From: a virus
Virus record (IMG/VR): IMGVR_UViG_3300044450_000310
Reading direction: 5' to 3' (one strand)
Length of the DNA stretch: 64,000 bases
A program made the translations under genes and the position numbers. Below are positions 49,654 through 58,402 of the stretch, piece by piece. The first letter of the stretch is position 1. Each line of letters begins with the position of its first letter. The notes beneath the pieces were generated by a model that had not been told where the DNA came from, searched no databases, and saw nothing but the letters and a program-made list of their open reading frames with translations.

Positions 49654-50144
49654 ACAACTTTATCACGATACAAGTACGCTGGTTTCATCTGCCACTTCTT
49701 CTTTGACCAGGATATCATTTGATCCCTTGTATTAGGTTTTGGCATTAAAGGGCTTTCTGCACGATACATTGCTATATGATTATGCTTCCACTCCTCTAGT
49801 TTTTCATCCCAACAGTACCACACCATAATTGGAAAATGGCGAACCAACTCTTTAAGACGGGTATAATATCTGAATGAAGGAAGGTTATTTTCATAGGTAG
49901 CAACTGTAGAGGCTTTAATACTTAAAATCTCAGCAAGATCTTTTCTACTCATCTTTAAAACCCGTTCACGCTGTTGCCGAATCAACCTTGGAACACTATC
50001 TAAATCCCACTCAGAACCACAAACATTACATCTACACCCCACATAGCTCATGTTGTGCTTTGCATTGCGTAAACAGACAGGACACTCCGTAAGGATAATG
50101 TCCCCTGTTACAAATGAAGAAAACGTAGCAATATGACTACCCAT
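49635..50144 (-). CDS. Zn-ribbon plus XRE-type HTH protein
   Basis: CPVC...CNVC; MSRKDLAEILSIKASTVATYE. Confidence 0.7.
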   Translation of the reverse strand: MGSHIATFSSFVTGDIILTECPVCLRNAKHNMSYVGCRCNVCGSEWDLDSVPRLIRQQRERVLKMSRKDLAEILSIKASTVATYENNLPSFRYYTRLKELVRHFPIMVWYCWDEKLEEWKHNHIAMYRAESPLMPKPNTRDQMISWSKKKWQMKPAYLYRDKVVWEISV

Positions 50145-50382
50145 CTTCTAGCTTCTTAATTTCAGCTTTATGCTTTCTAATCAGATTAAGCAGAGTTCTA
50201 AGATTCAGCTCTGTCAGCTCTACATAATCCAAACTAGAAGTATCAAGAATCACACATCCTTCAGTTACGAATTTGCAATTCACTGGATCAAGTTCGGCAT
50301 CATAAATTGATGCCTCCCCATAACCGTCATCATTCATTTCTAAAATATTCACTTTAGGGTTTAAGAATTTTTCAACGCTCAT
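50137..50382 (-). CDS. Hypothetical protein
   Basis: ORF track; SD GGAGGT. Confidence 0.65.
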   Translation of the reverse strand: MSVEKFLNPKVNILEMNDDGYGEASIYDAELDPVNCKFVTEGCVILDTSSLDYVELTELNLRTLLNLIRKHKAEIKKLEDG

Positions 50383-51932
50383 TAAGCTACCTCCGCAATT
50401 ATTTCATTCATGTATAGTTTATTTGTCAAAGCTTCCATCATTGCTTGCACAACCGCAGGAGGTACAGAGTTTCCGATGAACTTCTTCTGATCCGCTTGAT
50501 TGCCAGCTAAGTAGTAATCTTCTCCGAATCCCTGAATCTTCTTGAGTTCAGGTACACGTAGCATTCGAGTTGTGATATCAGTAATACCATACTCCTGACA
50601 AAATTCTTTGATCTTCACCATCATTGGAGAATCTTCAATATCGATTTCAGGAACTTCACCATGAGAAGCGCTTACCAGTGAAGGAGCACTTTTATCCATT
50701 GAAGCAATCAGTGTGAAGCATGGAGAATCAATAGAACCACCTTTAGAATTGTACTGAGGATTCATGATGAAATGATTACTCTTTGCGCTCACTAAATTGT
50801 GCTTCGGAACTGAAGTAATTGTATTAGCAGGAGCATCAATTGAAGAGTGCTGTCCACCATTTGAATACTGCATATCTAGGAAAGAACACTGAGCCAACAT
50901 AAACCCGTCTTTGGTGCGAATTGTACCTGAGGGCTTATTGATTGATTCTACATTATCTCCATTGCCGTAATACTTGGTACTGAATGCGCCTTTCACTTTA
51001 ACTACACTTTGATTCGCTGTAGTTGTGATGCTGTGAGCTGGTTGATTTACATCATACACTTTGCCCCAAGGTCTGCCGGAGAAATGCTTTTGAATGAATA
51101 CTCCATCGCCTTTGGCAACATACTTATTCAATCCCGCCAAGATTCGTTTTAATGTAGCCTCAACTAATGGCTTTTTGCGAGTGAAAATACTCTGTCCTTC
51201 ATCCTGAAAGTCCAAGCATTCACGAACTGCATTCCAAGGCTTTAACTGGTCGAACAATCCATCATTTTGAGGATGTTCAGCATGAGTTGGAGAAGGCCAT
51301 ACAATCGGGTTATCTCCTTTAGAAAAGATTCCAAACAATCTACGGCGCTTGGTATGAGCACCGAAATCCGCACTATTCAATACATTTGCATCGTAAGAAT
51401 ATCCGTTGCGCTTAATCTTATTCGTCCATTTGATATAATCAGCACCTTTCTTCATCGATACTGGTCGACCGTTTTCATCTAATGGCCCCCACGCCATAAA
51501 CTCTTCTACATTCTCGAAGTAAAAGAAGTCAGGATCGATAGCCTCAATGTAATTGTGCATATACTCAGGAAGAGAACGTGAGTCTGCATCTCTAGGCATT
51601 CCACCTTTTGCTTTTGAATAATTAGTGCATTTCATGGAAGCCCATAAAAGAACGATCGCTTCAGGATACTTCTCCTTCCAGTAGCGTGTAATCTTAGCAG
51701 TTTGAGCAACTACTTCTTCACTTCGGATATCTTCATTGAAGTGAATTGCTTGTTTGTGATTGGTCTTATGAGATTCGATTGCCAAAGGATCGTGATTCAC
51801 GCAAGCAATCAATTTAACTGGTCTATATTTCCCTAAAATTCGTGCTCTGTCGGCACCAGTGGATACCCCACCAGCACCGCAGAACAGATCGATAAAAAGG
51901 ATTAGCGGTAATTTCTGTGTGTTTGTATTCAT
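50382..51932 (-). CDS. DNA cytosine-5 methyltransferase
   Basis: IDLFCGAGG, catalytic Cys in WASMKCTNYS, FENVEE, RRRLF, IGNSVPP. Confidence 0.92.
   Translation of the reverse strand: MNTNTQKLPLILFIDLFCGAGGVSTGADRARILGKYRPVKLIACVNHDPLAIESHKTNHKQAIHFNEDIRSEEVVAQTAKITRYWKEKYPEAIVLLWASMKCTNYSKAKGGMPRDADSRSLPEYMHNYIEAIDPDFFYFENVEEFMAWGPLDENGRPVSMKKGADYIKWTNKIKRNGYSYDANVLNSADFGAHTKRRRLFGIFSKGDNPIVWPSPTHAEHPQNDGLFDQLKPWNAVRECLDFQDEGQSIFTRKKPLVEATLKRILAGLNKYVAKGDGVFIQKHFSGRPWGKVYDVNQPAHSITTTANQSVVKVKGAFSTKYYGNGDNVESINKPSGTIRTKDGFMLAQCSFLDMQYSNGGQHSSIDAPANTITSVPKHNLVSAKSNHFIMNPQYNSKGGSIDSPCFTLIASMDKSAPSLVSASHGEVPEIDIEDSPMMVKIKEFCQEYGITDITTRMLRVPELKKIQGFGEDYYLAGNQADQKKFIGNSVPPAVVQAMMEALTNKLYMNEIIAEVA
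51916..51928 (-). repeat. ATACAAACACACA motif copy 7
   Basis: Exact; lies just inside the annotated start (codons 2-6, MNTNTQ). Confidence 0.85.
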
Positions 51933-52006
51933 TTCTGTTCTGTTTGTTAGTATCAGGTTCTTACATCAATATAATTTAAAATTTTATTTGATGCAAGTAT
52001 TTATTT

Positions 52007-52459
52007 TTATTGAGCTTGCATTTTTTCCACCCTTGATACTAGAAGTTCTTGTGAGAACTCTTCTTCTTCACTGGTAGCATCGGAATGCCACACATATTTC
52101 CATGAAGTAAAGCCATTGAAACTGACTAAATCATACTCATCATACCCGCCGAATAAATTTCGGTCATTGGAATGTTGAACAAACGCCCAATCATTCGGGC
52201 AAATCTCTTCGAGCTTTACTATTTCCCCCACCACCAGCTCAATAGAATTGGTAAGAGATATCCTTGGCTCGTCAGGATATACAATTTCATGGATGATGAT
52301 GATGTTATATTCAGCCAGCAATTCATACTTATACCTTGCTTTATTAGACTCACCATTTAAAATGGACTCTTTAATCTTTCCTGAACACACTGGACCAATA
52401 CCCTTGGTCACACTTTTCTCATTGGTCAGCTCACGTCCGCAAATTTTACACCTAACCAT
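52007..52459 (-). CDS. DUF6011-like Zn-finger protein
   Basis: CKICGRELT..KS..KGIGPVC; start moved to 52459 (SD AAGGAGG 6 nt upstream). Confidence 0.7.
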   Translation of the reverse strand: MVRCKICGRELTNEKSVTKGIGPVCSGKIKESILNGESNKARYKYELLAEYNIIIIHEIVYPDEPRISLTNSIELVVGEIVKLEEICPNDWAFVQHSNDRNLFGGYDEYDLVSFNGFTSWKYVWHSDATSEEEEFSQELLVSRVEKMQAQ

Positions 52460-53246
52460 TGGAACCCTCCTTTTGCTTATACACATCCCCATCAACATGA
52501 GTAGTATTATTGCCCCAATGATTTTTGTACATCTCATTTAAATCATCATTGGTTATGGTTATTTCATCAATACTGAAACCACGCTTTGCGAACTCTTCAG
52601 CTACCCTATTGAAGAAATTATCAGGCTTTTCCTCATTGAAGAGTGTTTGCACTTTTATTCCCCGATGATCCAGCAGAACCAATGTCTTGAAGGTGGAATA
52701 CACTTCGGTATCTGACCACTTCTCGATGTTCTTGCCTGTTTTAGCAGGAAGAGCTTTCTGATTCTTATTTTTTTCCCGCCACCACTGGACTTTGATTGAC
52801 TCCAGGTTCTTGTTCATACACTCAGCAAGAGCACTGATATTGTTACCATTGCGCTTGAATCGCCCATTGATAACATTGGTTGTGAACTCGAAAAGGACAA
52901 AACCAACAGGAGCATCAGCAGGGATGTATGGATTGTTTTCAATAAGGTGGAACATCAAGTCTTCGAAGTGTGCTCGTATCTGAGCTGTCCTATTCTTTTC
53001 AGCCTGTTCAGGAGTTTCTTCAGCTTTTGGATGGTATTCAGGAAGATTCCCCTTGGCTCCAATAAATTCATAGAATTGGAAGAGAGTTTTCACGATATCC
53101 CCATCAGGCTTAACCGTGAATCCTTCAGATTTAGCTTTTAAAATTTCATCCCGTGTATTACGATCATTGTATCGTTGGTACTTGGTCGAGTCGGTCGAGT
53201 TGTTCAGAGAAATCCCCGACACTGGTATGTTTGATAGTGCTTGCAT
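52452..53246 (-). CDS. Hypothetical protein (replication module)
   Basis: ORF track; motif-led start; follows replisome organiser. Confidence 0.7.
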   Translation of the reverse strand: MQALSNIPVSGISLNNSTDSTKYQRYNDRNTRDEILKAKSEGFTVKPDGDIVKTLFQFYEFIGAKGNLPEYHPKAEETPEQAEKNRTAQIRAHFEDLMFHLIENNPYIPADAPVGFVLFEFTTNVINGRFKRNGNNISALAECMNKNLESIKVQWWREKNKNQKALPAKTGKNIEKWSDTEVYSTFKTLVLLDHRGIKVQTLFNEEKPDNFFNRVAEEFAKRGFSIDEITITNDDLNEMYKNHWGNNTTHVDGDVYKQKEGSNG

Positions 53247-54081
53247 TGTTCTGTGTGTTTGTATTCTTTTTATTCTTGAAATCGCTGAACCAGCTCTTTT
53301 GCTTGGCTATGTAGAACTTCCATCCTGTATGATGGATTAAGGTGCCATTAGGTGCCCACTGATAACTATTCACATGATTCCAAAGATGTTCAGCAAATTC
53401 TTTGGAATAGCGGTTAATTAAACACTCTTCTATGAACGTTGATTGATTCGGGTAGTAGTCAGGGTTAATAACAGGAACATCATCAGCTTTTCGAGTAAGG
53501 ATAGGAGAACCTAAACCTATATCAGCTCCAATGATAGCAACCTCCGTGAGCGCCGGAGCACTTCCATTGTTTAGTTCTTGATCATTCTTATCATTATTGT
53601 TTGTTCCGCTTTGAATCTCGTCAACGTCTTGCACTAAGTTGCTTGGCGGTGCAAACAAAGGTGAATCCTGAATCGCATCCGTGTCGTTTTGCGACTCGTC
53701 AACGTGTTTTTTATCCTGATAAACCTCATAATTACAGATGGTTAACCGTGTCGTAGTCTTTAGGTTCTCCGTGACTATCATATCGTCAGACTTGAGCAGA
53801 TCAAAGAACCTTCGAACTTTATCTTTGCCCCACTGCCAACGGTTTCCCCACTCCTTCATACTTCGGACAGATTGACCACGATCACAAGCTACCAGCCCAC
53901 CTTTAATGCGAACTTTCTTAGGCTTATGATTTACTTCTAGGATAAGATCAATCCACGCTTCAAATTCAGTGAACTCTCTATCAGAAGGATACAACCAGTG
54001 ATTCTTTGTGCTTCTGTACAGCTTAATCCAGCCTTGGATGATATTTTCATCAAAGTTAGACTTAATCATCACACTCACCAT
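53164..54081 (-). CDS. Phage replisome organiser / replication initiator
   Basis: GWIKLYRS..HWLY..EAWIDLIL..RGQ..RW.W..VRRF..TRLTICNYE N-terminal family pattern. Confidence 0.8.
   Translation of the reverse strand: MVSVMIKSNFDENIIQGWIKLYRSTKNHWLYPSDREFTEFEAWIDLILEVNHKPKKVRIKGGLVACDRGQSVRSMKEWGNRWQWGKDKVRRFFDLLKSDDMIVTENLKTTTRLTICNYEVYQDKKHVDESQNDTDAIQDSPLFAPPSNLVQDVDEIQSGTNNNDKNDQELNNGSAPALTEVAIIGADIGLGSPILTRKADDVPVINPDYYPNQSTFIEECLINRYSKEFAEHLWNHVNSYQWAPNGTLIHHTGWKFYIAKQKSWFSDFKNKKNTNTQNNASTIKHTSVGDFSEQLDRLDQVPTIQ
53252..53264 (-). repeat. ATACAAACACACA motif copy 8
   Basis: Exact; inside the 3' end of the upstream CDS, 5 nt before ATG 53246. Confidence 0.9.
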
Positions 54082-54379
54082 TTACTACAGCTTTAGCAAA
54101 GGATTTGCCTAAAAAAGTGATGGTTTTCTGACCAAAATAAGACTCCCATTTACGGATGTATTCAATACCATCCCGAACAAATACCATTCGCAAATATCGC
54201 TTAAATGTGCCGTCTGTTTTTTGAACGATACTCTGATAGAATTTAACGATTCCATTTTTAGTGTAGACGATTCCGTACACTTCTCTGAGTCTTCCAAATT
54301 CTTTCTCTCGAAAAACCGTGTATTCATAGACTTTACCTTTAGATTGAGTAAAGTCCTTTTTTGGCGCATTCTTACTCAT
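54062..54379 (-). CDS. Hypothetical protein
   Basis: ORF track. Confidence 0.6.
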   Translation of the reverse strand: MSKNAPKKDFTQSKGKVYEYTVFREKEFGRLREVYGIVYTKNGIVKFYQSIVQKTDGTFKRYLRMVFVRDGIEYIRKWESYFGQKTITFLGKSFAKAVVNGECDD

Positions 54380-54762
54380 ACTCTAGGCATTACACTTGCG
54401 AACATATCCGATTGAACAGCATTTGCTACAACCTGACCATGTTCAGGGTTAAACTGGTAAGTACCGCAGGATTTTTGCGTGTACTGGTTCTTCTTCTTGG
54501 TATCCTTGAGATATATTGCAAAAGATCTACCATGTTTATCTTCATGCTCAGAGCCAGTAAGATCAGTTAATGCTCTTTTCACACTTGCCTCATGAATAGG
54601 ATGCCCCATTCGATCCAAAGCTTGCTGTACCTCGAAAAATGCCATAGGCTGTTTATTCCATTTCAGGACAGACTTAATACGATCTACCTGAGTAATTGCC
54701 TTGGTTTCCAAGTCCTTCTTTTCATCGGCTTCTAACAGCCCTTCATATCGTTCGTGTATCAT
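54376..54762 (-). CDS. Hypothetical winged-HTH-like protein
   Basis: PMAFFEVQQAL..EASVKRALTDL pattern. Confidence 0.6.
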   Translation of the reverse strand: MIHERYEGLLEADEKKDLETKAITQVDRIKSVLKWNKQPMAFFEVQQALDRMGHPIHEASVKRALTDLTGSEHEDKHGRSFAIYLKDTKKKNQYTQKSCGTYQFNPEHGQVVANAVQSDMFASVMPRV

Positions 54763-54774
54763 GTGTGTTTGTAT
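54762..54774 (-). repeat. ATACAAACACACA motif copy 9
   Basis: Exact; last A is the A of ATG 54762. Confidence 0.9.
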
Positions 54775-54780
54775 TTATAG

Positions 54781-55086
54781 TTAGTCGATTACTAATTCCA
54801 ATTTCTCTTTATCAGCCCGATATTTTGCACGAGCCACCACTAATCCAGTATCAATGATGAAGTAATTCATTTGCCTTTGTTCACTTCTTCTTGTACCGAT
54901 TATATTATTATCTCTGAGCTTGTAAAGAATAGACCGAGCCACTCTTTTTGAATTTGAAGCCACAAAAAACTTCACATCATTTTGAATAAATATGTTCTTA
55001 TCAGCCAACATCATTAGAAGCAATACCCACTTGGATGAGTAGTCTAAATAGTGATGCTTTTCAATTGCTTTAACTAGCTCGTTCAT
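54781..55086 (-). CDS. Hypothetical protein
   Basis: ORF track; SD AAGGAG. Confidence 0.65.
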   Translation of the reverse strand: MNELVKAIEKHHYLDYSSKWVLLLMMLADKNIFIQNDVKFFVASNSKRVARSILYKLRDNNIIGTRRSEQRQMNYFIIDTGLVVARAKYRADKEKLELVID

Positions 55087-55576
55087 GGTATAGCTCCTTT
55101 AAAATGTGTGTTTGTACATATTCGCATGGTTCATAACTCCCATCTAAGTAGGAATTAACGGTATCCATCACTTCATCCCCATTCCAGCAGACTTCTATTG
55201 CATATCCTTCCAGCCACATATCCACCAGGAATTGCTTTTGATCTTCATCGGGATAGTTGCTCCGCTTGTACTTCGGAATACCTTTTACAATATCAGTCAA
55301 CTTTTCTGACTTCAGCTCAATAGCTAATCCACCATACCCGTGAGCCATCTTGAAAATGAGCATATCACTTACTCCTTTTCTCACTCCCATTTGTCTGAGC
55401 TTATTTCCTTCAGGAGAAAACATCCTCCCATTCTTACCCTTCCTCACTTTCGTTTTACGCTCATTAGCTACATGAGTAAAGTTGAGCTTTTTGATAGTCA
55501 GGAAATTAGCTGTGAACTTCGTGAGCTGTTCTTCATTCATTCCTACATGAAACTTTTTTACCGGAGAATTACTCAT
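55070..55576 (-). CDS. VRR-NUC family nuclease / resolvase-like
   Basis: HVANE...GVRKGVSDMLIF..GLAIELK...Q..FL PD-(D/E)XK pattern. Confidence 0.85.
   Translation of the reverse strand: MSNSPVKKFHVGMNEEQLTKFTANFLTIKKLNFTHVANERKTKVRKGKNGRMFSPEGNKLRQMGVRKGVSDMLIFKMAHGYGGLAIELKSEKLTDIVKGIPKYKRSNYPDEDQKQFLVDMWLEGYAIEVCWNGDEVMDTVNSYLDGSYEPCEYVQTHILKELYHERAS
55105..55117 (-). repeat. Motif copy 10 (one mismatch, GTACAAACACACA)
   Basis: Inside the VRR-NUC 3' end, 18 nt before ATG 55086. Confidence 0.75.
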
Positions 55577-55715
55577 GCCAATCCTCCATAATTTCTAAGT
55601 AGTTTTTATGAGCTCTCCACGTCTTATACTTTCTCCAAGCCCATCGAATGACATATCCCACCCAAATTGGAAGTAACAAACTGAATGGCAACAGCATTAA
55701 AACAATCATTGACAT
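55569..55715 (-). CDS. Small single-TM protein, 48 aa (not in ORF track)
   Basis: Hand-translated MSMIVLMLLPFSLLLPIWVGYVIRWAWRKYKTWRAHKNYLEIMEDWHE; fills the gap, overlaps the next start. Confidence 0.55.
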   Translation of the reverse strand: MSMIVLMLLPFSLLLPIWVGYVIRWAWRKYKTWRAHKNYLEIMEDWHE

Positions 55716-55729
55716 TATTTGCTCAAAGC

Positions 55730-56167
55730 TCATGATATTACCTCCACTTTGAAATGTTCATCGAGATACCAAGTGATTGTTGCGATAGATCTATTCATCA
55801 CAGAACCAATCTCTTTTAAAGTGTATCCTTTATCCTTCAGATTTTTGGCTACAGCTTTTCTCACTCTCTTCACATCATCACCCGTGATTCGGGAAGTCAC
55901 AGTTTCAGGTGCCATTGCTAATCGACCACAAGCACGATTGAAATTTGCTTTAAGATTAGCCCTTCTTCTTCTGTTACTTAATAATTTTTCCTTATCAGGA
56001 TTAAACTCTTTAGCATTCTCAAAACTCATGTAATGTTTAGCCAGAGATACCGCTTGATTTGCGCTTAACTCATTTCTCTCACCCGAAGGAATAATCACTA
56101 CTTCAGGTGCTCTTTTTGCCGTTAATCCTTCTGTCAGCTCAGTTAGTATTTCTTGATCCAGTCGCAT
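55730..56167 (-). CDS. HTH DNA-binding protein
   Basis: C-terminal GYTLKEIGSVMNRSIATI. Confidence 0.7.
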   Translation of the reverse strand: MRLDQEILTELTEGLTAKRAPEVVIIPSGERNELSANQAVSLAKHYMSFENAKEFNPDKEKLLSNRRRRANLKANFNRACGRLAMAPETVTSRITGDDVKRVRKAVAKNLKDKGYTLKEIGSVMNRSIATITWYLDEHFKVEVIS

Positions 56168-56185
56168 AGGTATTCAATTAGTTAG

Positions 56186-56223
56186 AATTAAAATTCCAGC
56201 GCCGGATGCACCAACACTGGAAT
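56186..56223 (-). terminator. 13-bp stem hairpin with U-rich tail
   Basis: ATTCCAGTGTTGG-TGCAT-CCGGCGCTGGAAT-TTTAATT; three G-U pairs valid on the minus strand. Confidence 0.6.
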
Positions 56224-56351
56224 CTTTTGCAATCAGGGGCATCCCTGCTATCCACCAACCACCATTGGGATTACTGTAGCTGGTCGATTATTAGTCAAGT
56301 AAACTGGTTGAGTTGGGGACTCTTCAGCTTGACTAAAGCCATTGAATACGG

Positions 56352-56657
56352 TTATGCCTTCAAAACCTCTTCTCGAAGTTTAGTGATATCAAAATTTGGT
56401 CTGATGCGATACAAGACGTAATGAAAATGAAACATCTTCTTACTTAGTCGCTTTTCACGAACTCTGATTAATACTCCTTGTTCTTCCAAGAACTCAGCCA
56501 GCCCAATTTCTTCGTGCCCATAGTTATTAGTAGGGTTTTGATCCACACAGAAGGCAATCGGCTGAATGTCAAATCTTTGACGATTACGGCGCAATTTAGT
56601 TAGTGCGATTTCAATGCGTTTCTGAATAGGTGTAGTTCGATTTCTAGTTTTGCTCAT
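56352..56657 (-). CDS. Hypothetical basic protein
   Basis: ORF track; motif-led start. Confidence 0.65.
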   Translation of the reverse strand: MSKTRNRTTPIQKRIEIALTKLRRNRQRFDIQPIAFCVDQNPTNNYGHEEIGLAEFLEEQGVLIRVREKRLSKKMFHFHYVLYRIRPNFDITKLREEVLKA

Positions 56658-56669
56658 TGTGCTCTGTTA

Positions 56670-56682
56670 TGTGTGTTTGTAT
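56670..56682 (-). repeat. ATACAAACACACA motif copy 11
   Basis: Exact; 12 nt before ATG 56657. Confidence 0.9.
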
Positions 56683-56747
56683 TGATTTAGGAAAGAGGAG
56701 TCAGCCTTTCACAACTGCTCCACACTGATACTAACTATATATCTATG

Positions 56748-57278
56748 CTAAACTATGAACCAGTCAGTCGACAGCATATCTGTCTGAGAAGCCAGCCAAC
56801 CAGTAAGAATTTTATTATCAGCAGTTTTCATTCTAATAGTGCCTAATGCTGAAATACTTCCACCATTTCCTTCAGCAAGCTCTTTCAAATGCGGTTCTTT
56901 ACACCATTCTGCTTTAACTTCTGCTTCAGGCATCAACCATAAGTACATATCCTTACCATTCCATCCTTTTCTTGAAACTCGCTGTCCTGTTTTCATGGCT
57001 TCAATAGCTAATCCAAAACTCAAACCTTCAGTAATCTGATATGCTCTTTCAAATACCTCTTGAGGACTCCAAGAGATGTAATTTTCATGTGCTGAATGAT
57101 TTGAATTTGGACTATCCATGTACTCAACGAGATACCCTTCGTCATTGCCGTCTTCACCTTCAGGCAATGTCCACCCTCGGTAATTGTTGTAATCACCACG
57201 AGTCATTGGATACGCCTTGATTAACTTCGTACCTATGTACAATTCCATTGCATTAGGTACATAAACTTCATTACTCAT
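56748..57278 (-). CDS. DUF2829 (Tad2-like) protein with extra N-terminal domain
   Basis: FGLAIEAMK.G.RV.RKGWNGK..MKTAD..GWLASQTDML..DW; start moved to MSNEVY (57278), 5 nt after the motif. Confidence 0.8.
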   Translation of the reverse strand: MSNEVYVPNAMELYIGTKLIKAYPMTRGDYNNYRGWTLPEGEDGNDEGYLVEYMDSPNSNHSAHENYISWSPQEVFERAYQITEGLSFGLAIEAMKTGQRVSRKGWNGKDMYLWLMPEAEVKAEWCKEPHLKELAEGNGGSISALGTIRMKTADNKILTGWLASQTDMLSTDWFIV

Positions 57279-57283
57279 ATATA

Positions 57284-57296
57284 TGTGTGTTTGTAT
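57284..57296 (-). repeat. ATACAAACACACA motif copy 12
   Basis: Exact; 5 nt before ATG 57278. Confidence 0.9.
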
Positions 57297-57477
57297 TAAT
57301 TGTTGGGAAACAGGAAGAAAGGCTACCAACCTAACTTCCAGCCATTCTCAAATCTGCCAGTATTCGCCTACTGACAATCTTCTGATACTAACCTAAACAT
57401 TGAAATAGAAGCCTGCCCATCACGACAGGCTTCACGGGGTTTTAGGGGTACAATAAATCAATCGGGAAAAACACCAT

Positions 57478-58212
57478 TCAGCGCATTGACGCTATCTTCT
57501 TGGTATCTTTCGCAAAATTCGCCTTGTCAGAACACATCCACTCCAGGTATGGACGACCTGACCGAGCTAAGTCTTCTAACTTCTCTCCTTTGTGCTTACC
57601 AATAGTGATGTACACTTTGCCACCAAGTATTTCACCTTTCTTGAAGATTCCAGCACGATCAACAACCGAAGATTCAATCTCAGAAAGATGCTTTCTAACA
57701 TCTACTCTCCGATTCATCACCTTTAGGATTTCAATAGTAGCAGTAACATCAGCCAAGGCATCGTGAGCATCTTCGAGTTCTTTACCGGTAAGCAGATTGT
57801 ACACACTGGAAAGAGTTCTAGGATAAACTTGATTGAAGAGTTTGAACATATCCATCATCTTCAACTCAGAAAGATCTAGGGAAGTGAATCCACATTCGTT
57901 AAACTCTCTCTCTAAAATCAAATCATCGAACTGGAAATTATTATATCCACCTAGATACTCGACTTTGGCAAGCTGAACAGCTATCTCTTTTGAAAGCTCA
58001 CAAAACTTTGGAGCATCCTTGACATCTTCATCAGAGATACCATGTACTTCTTTTGCCTCTTCAAGAATCGGTATTTCAGGATTAATCAAACTCTTCTTTT
58101 GGTATTCCACCTTCCAAGTTTTGAGGCAGATAACCACAATGGCTATCTGCACAATTTTATCCTTGTTTGCATCGGGGCCAGTCGTTTCCAAGTCATAGAA
58201 AAATGCTTTCAT
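57478..58212 (-). CDS. DEDDh 3'-5' exonuclease (DnaQ/ExoX-like)
   Basis: YDLETTG, GYN..FD, HDALAD; C-terminal IGKHKG..YLEW; start 58212 has SD GGAGGT. Confidence 0.88.
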   Translation of the reverse strand: MKAFFYDLETTGPDANKDKIVQIAIVVICLKTWKVEYQKKSLINPEIPILEEAKEVHGISDEDVKDAPKFCELSKEIAVQLAKVEYLGGYNNFQFDDLILEREFNECGFTSLDLSELKMMDMFKLFNQVYPRTLSSVYNLLTGKELEDAHDALADVTATIEILKVMNRRVDVRKHLSEIESSVVDRAGIFKKGEILGGKVYITIGKHKGEKLEDLARSGRPYLEWMCSDKANFAKDTKKIASMR

Positions 58213-58402
58213 ACTAACCTCCGAATGGTAATTCTTGTTCTTTAGCATCCGCTTGCCAGTTACCCATATCGATAGCTGGTTTACCGTCTGCAGTCACTAG
58301 CTGACCATTCTTTAAGTCCACATCGATTTCAGGTTGCTCTTCGAAATTGTCTTGAACAATGTGCGCATCCTGAACCTGATTGGCTTTTTCTTGATCCTGT
58401 TG

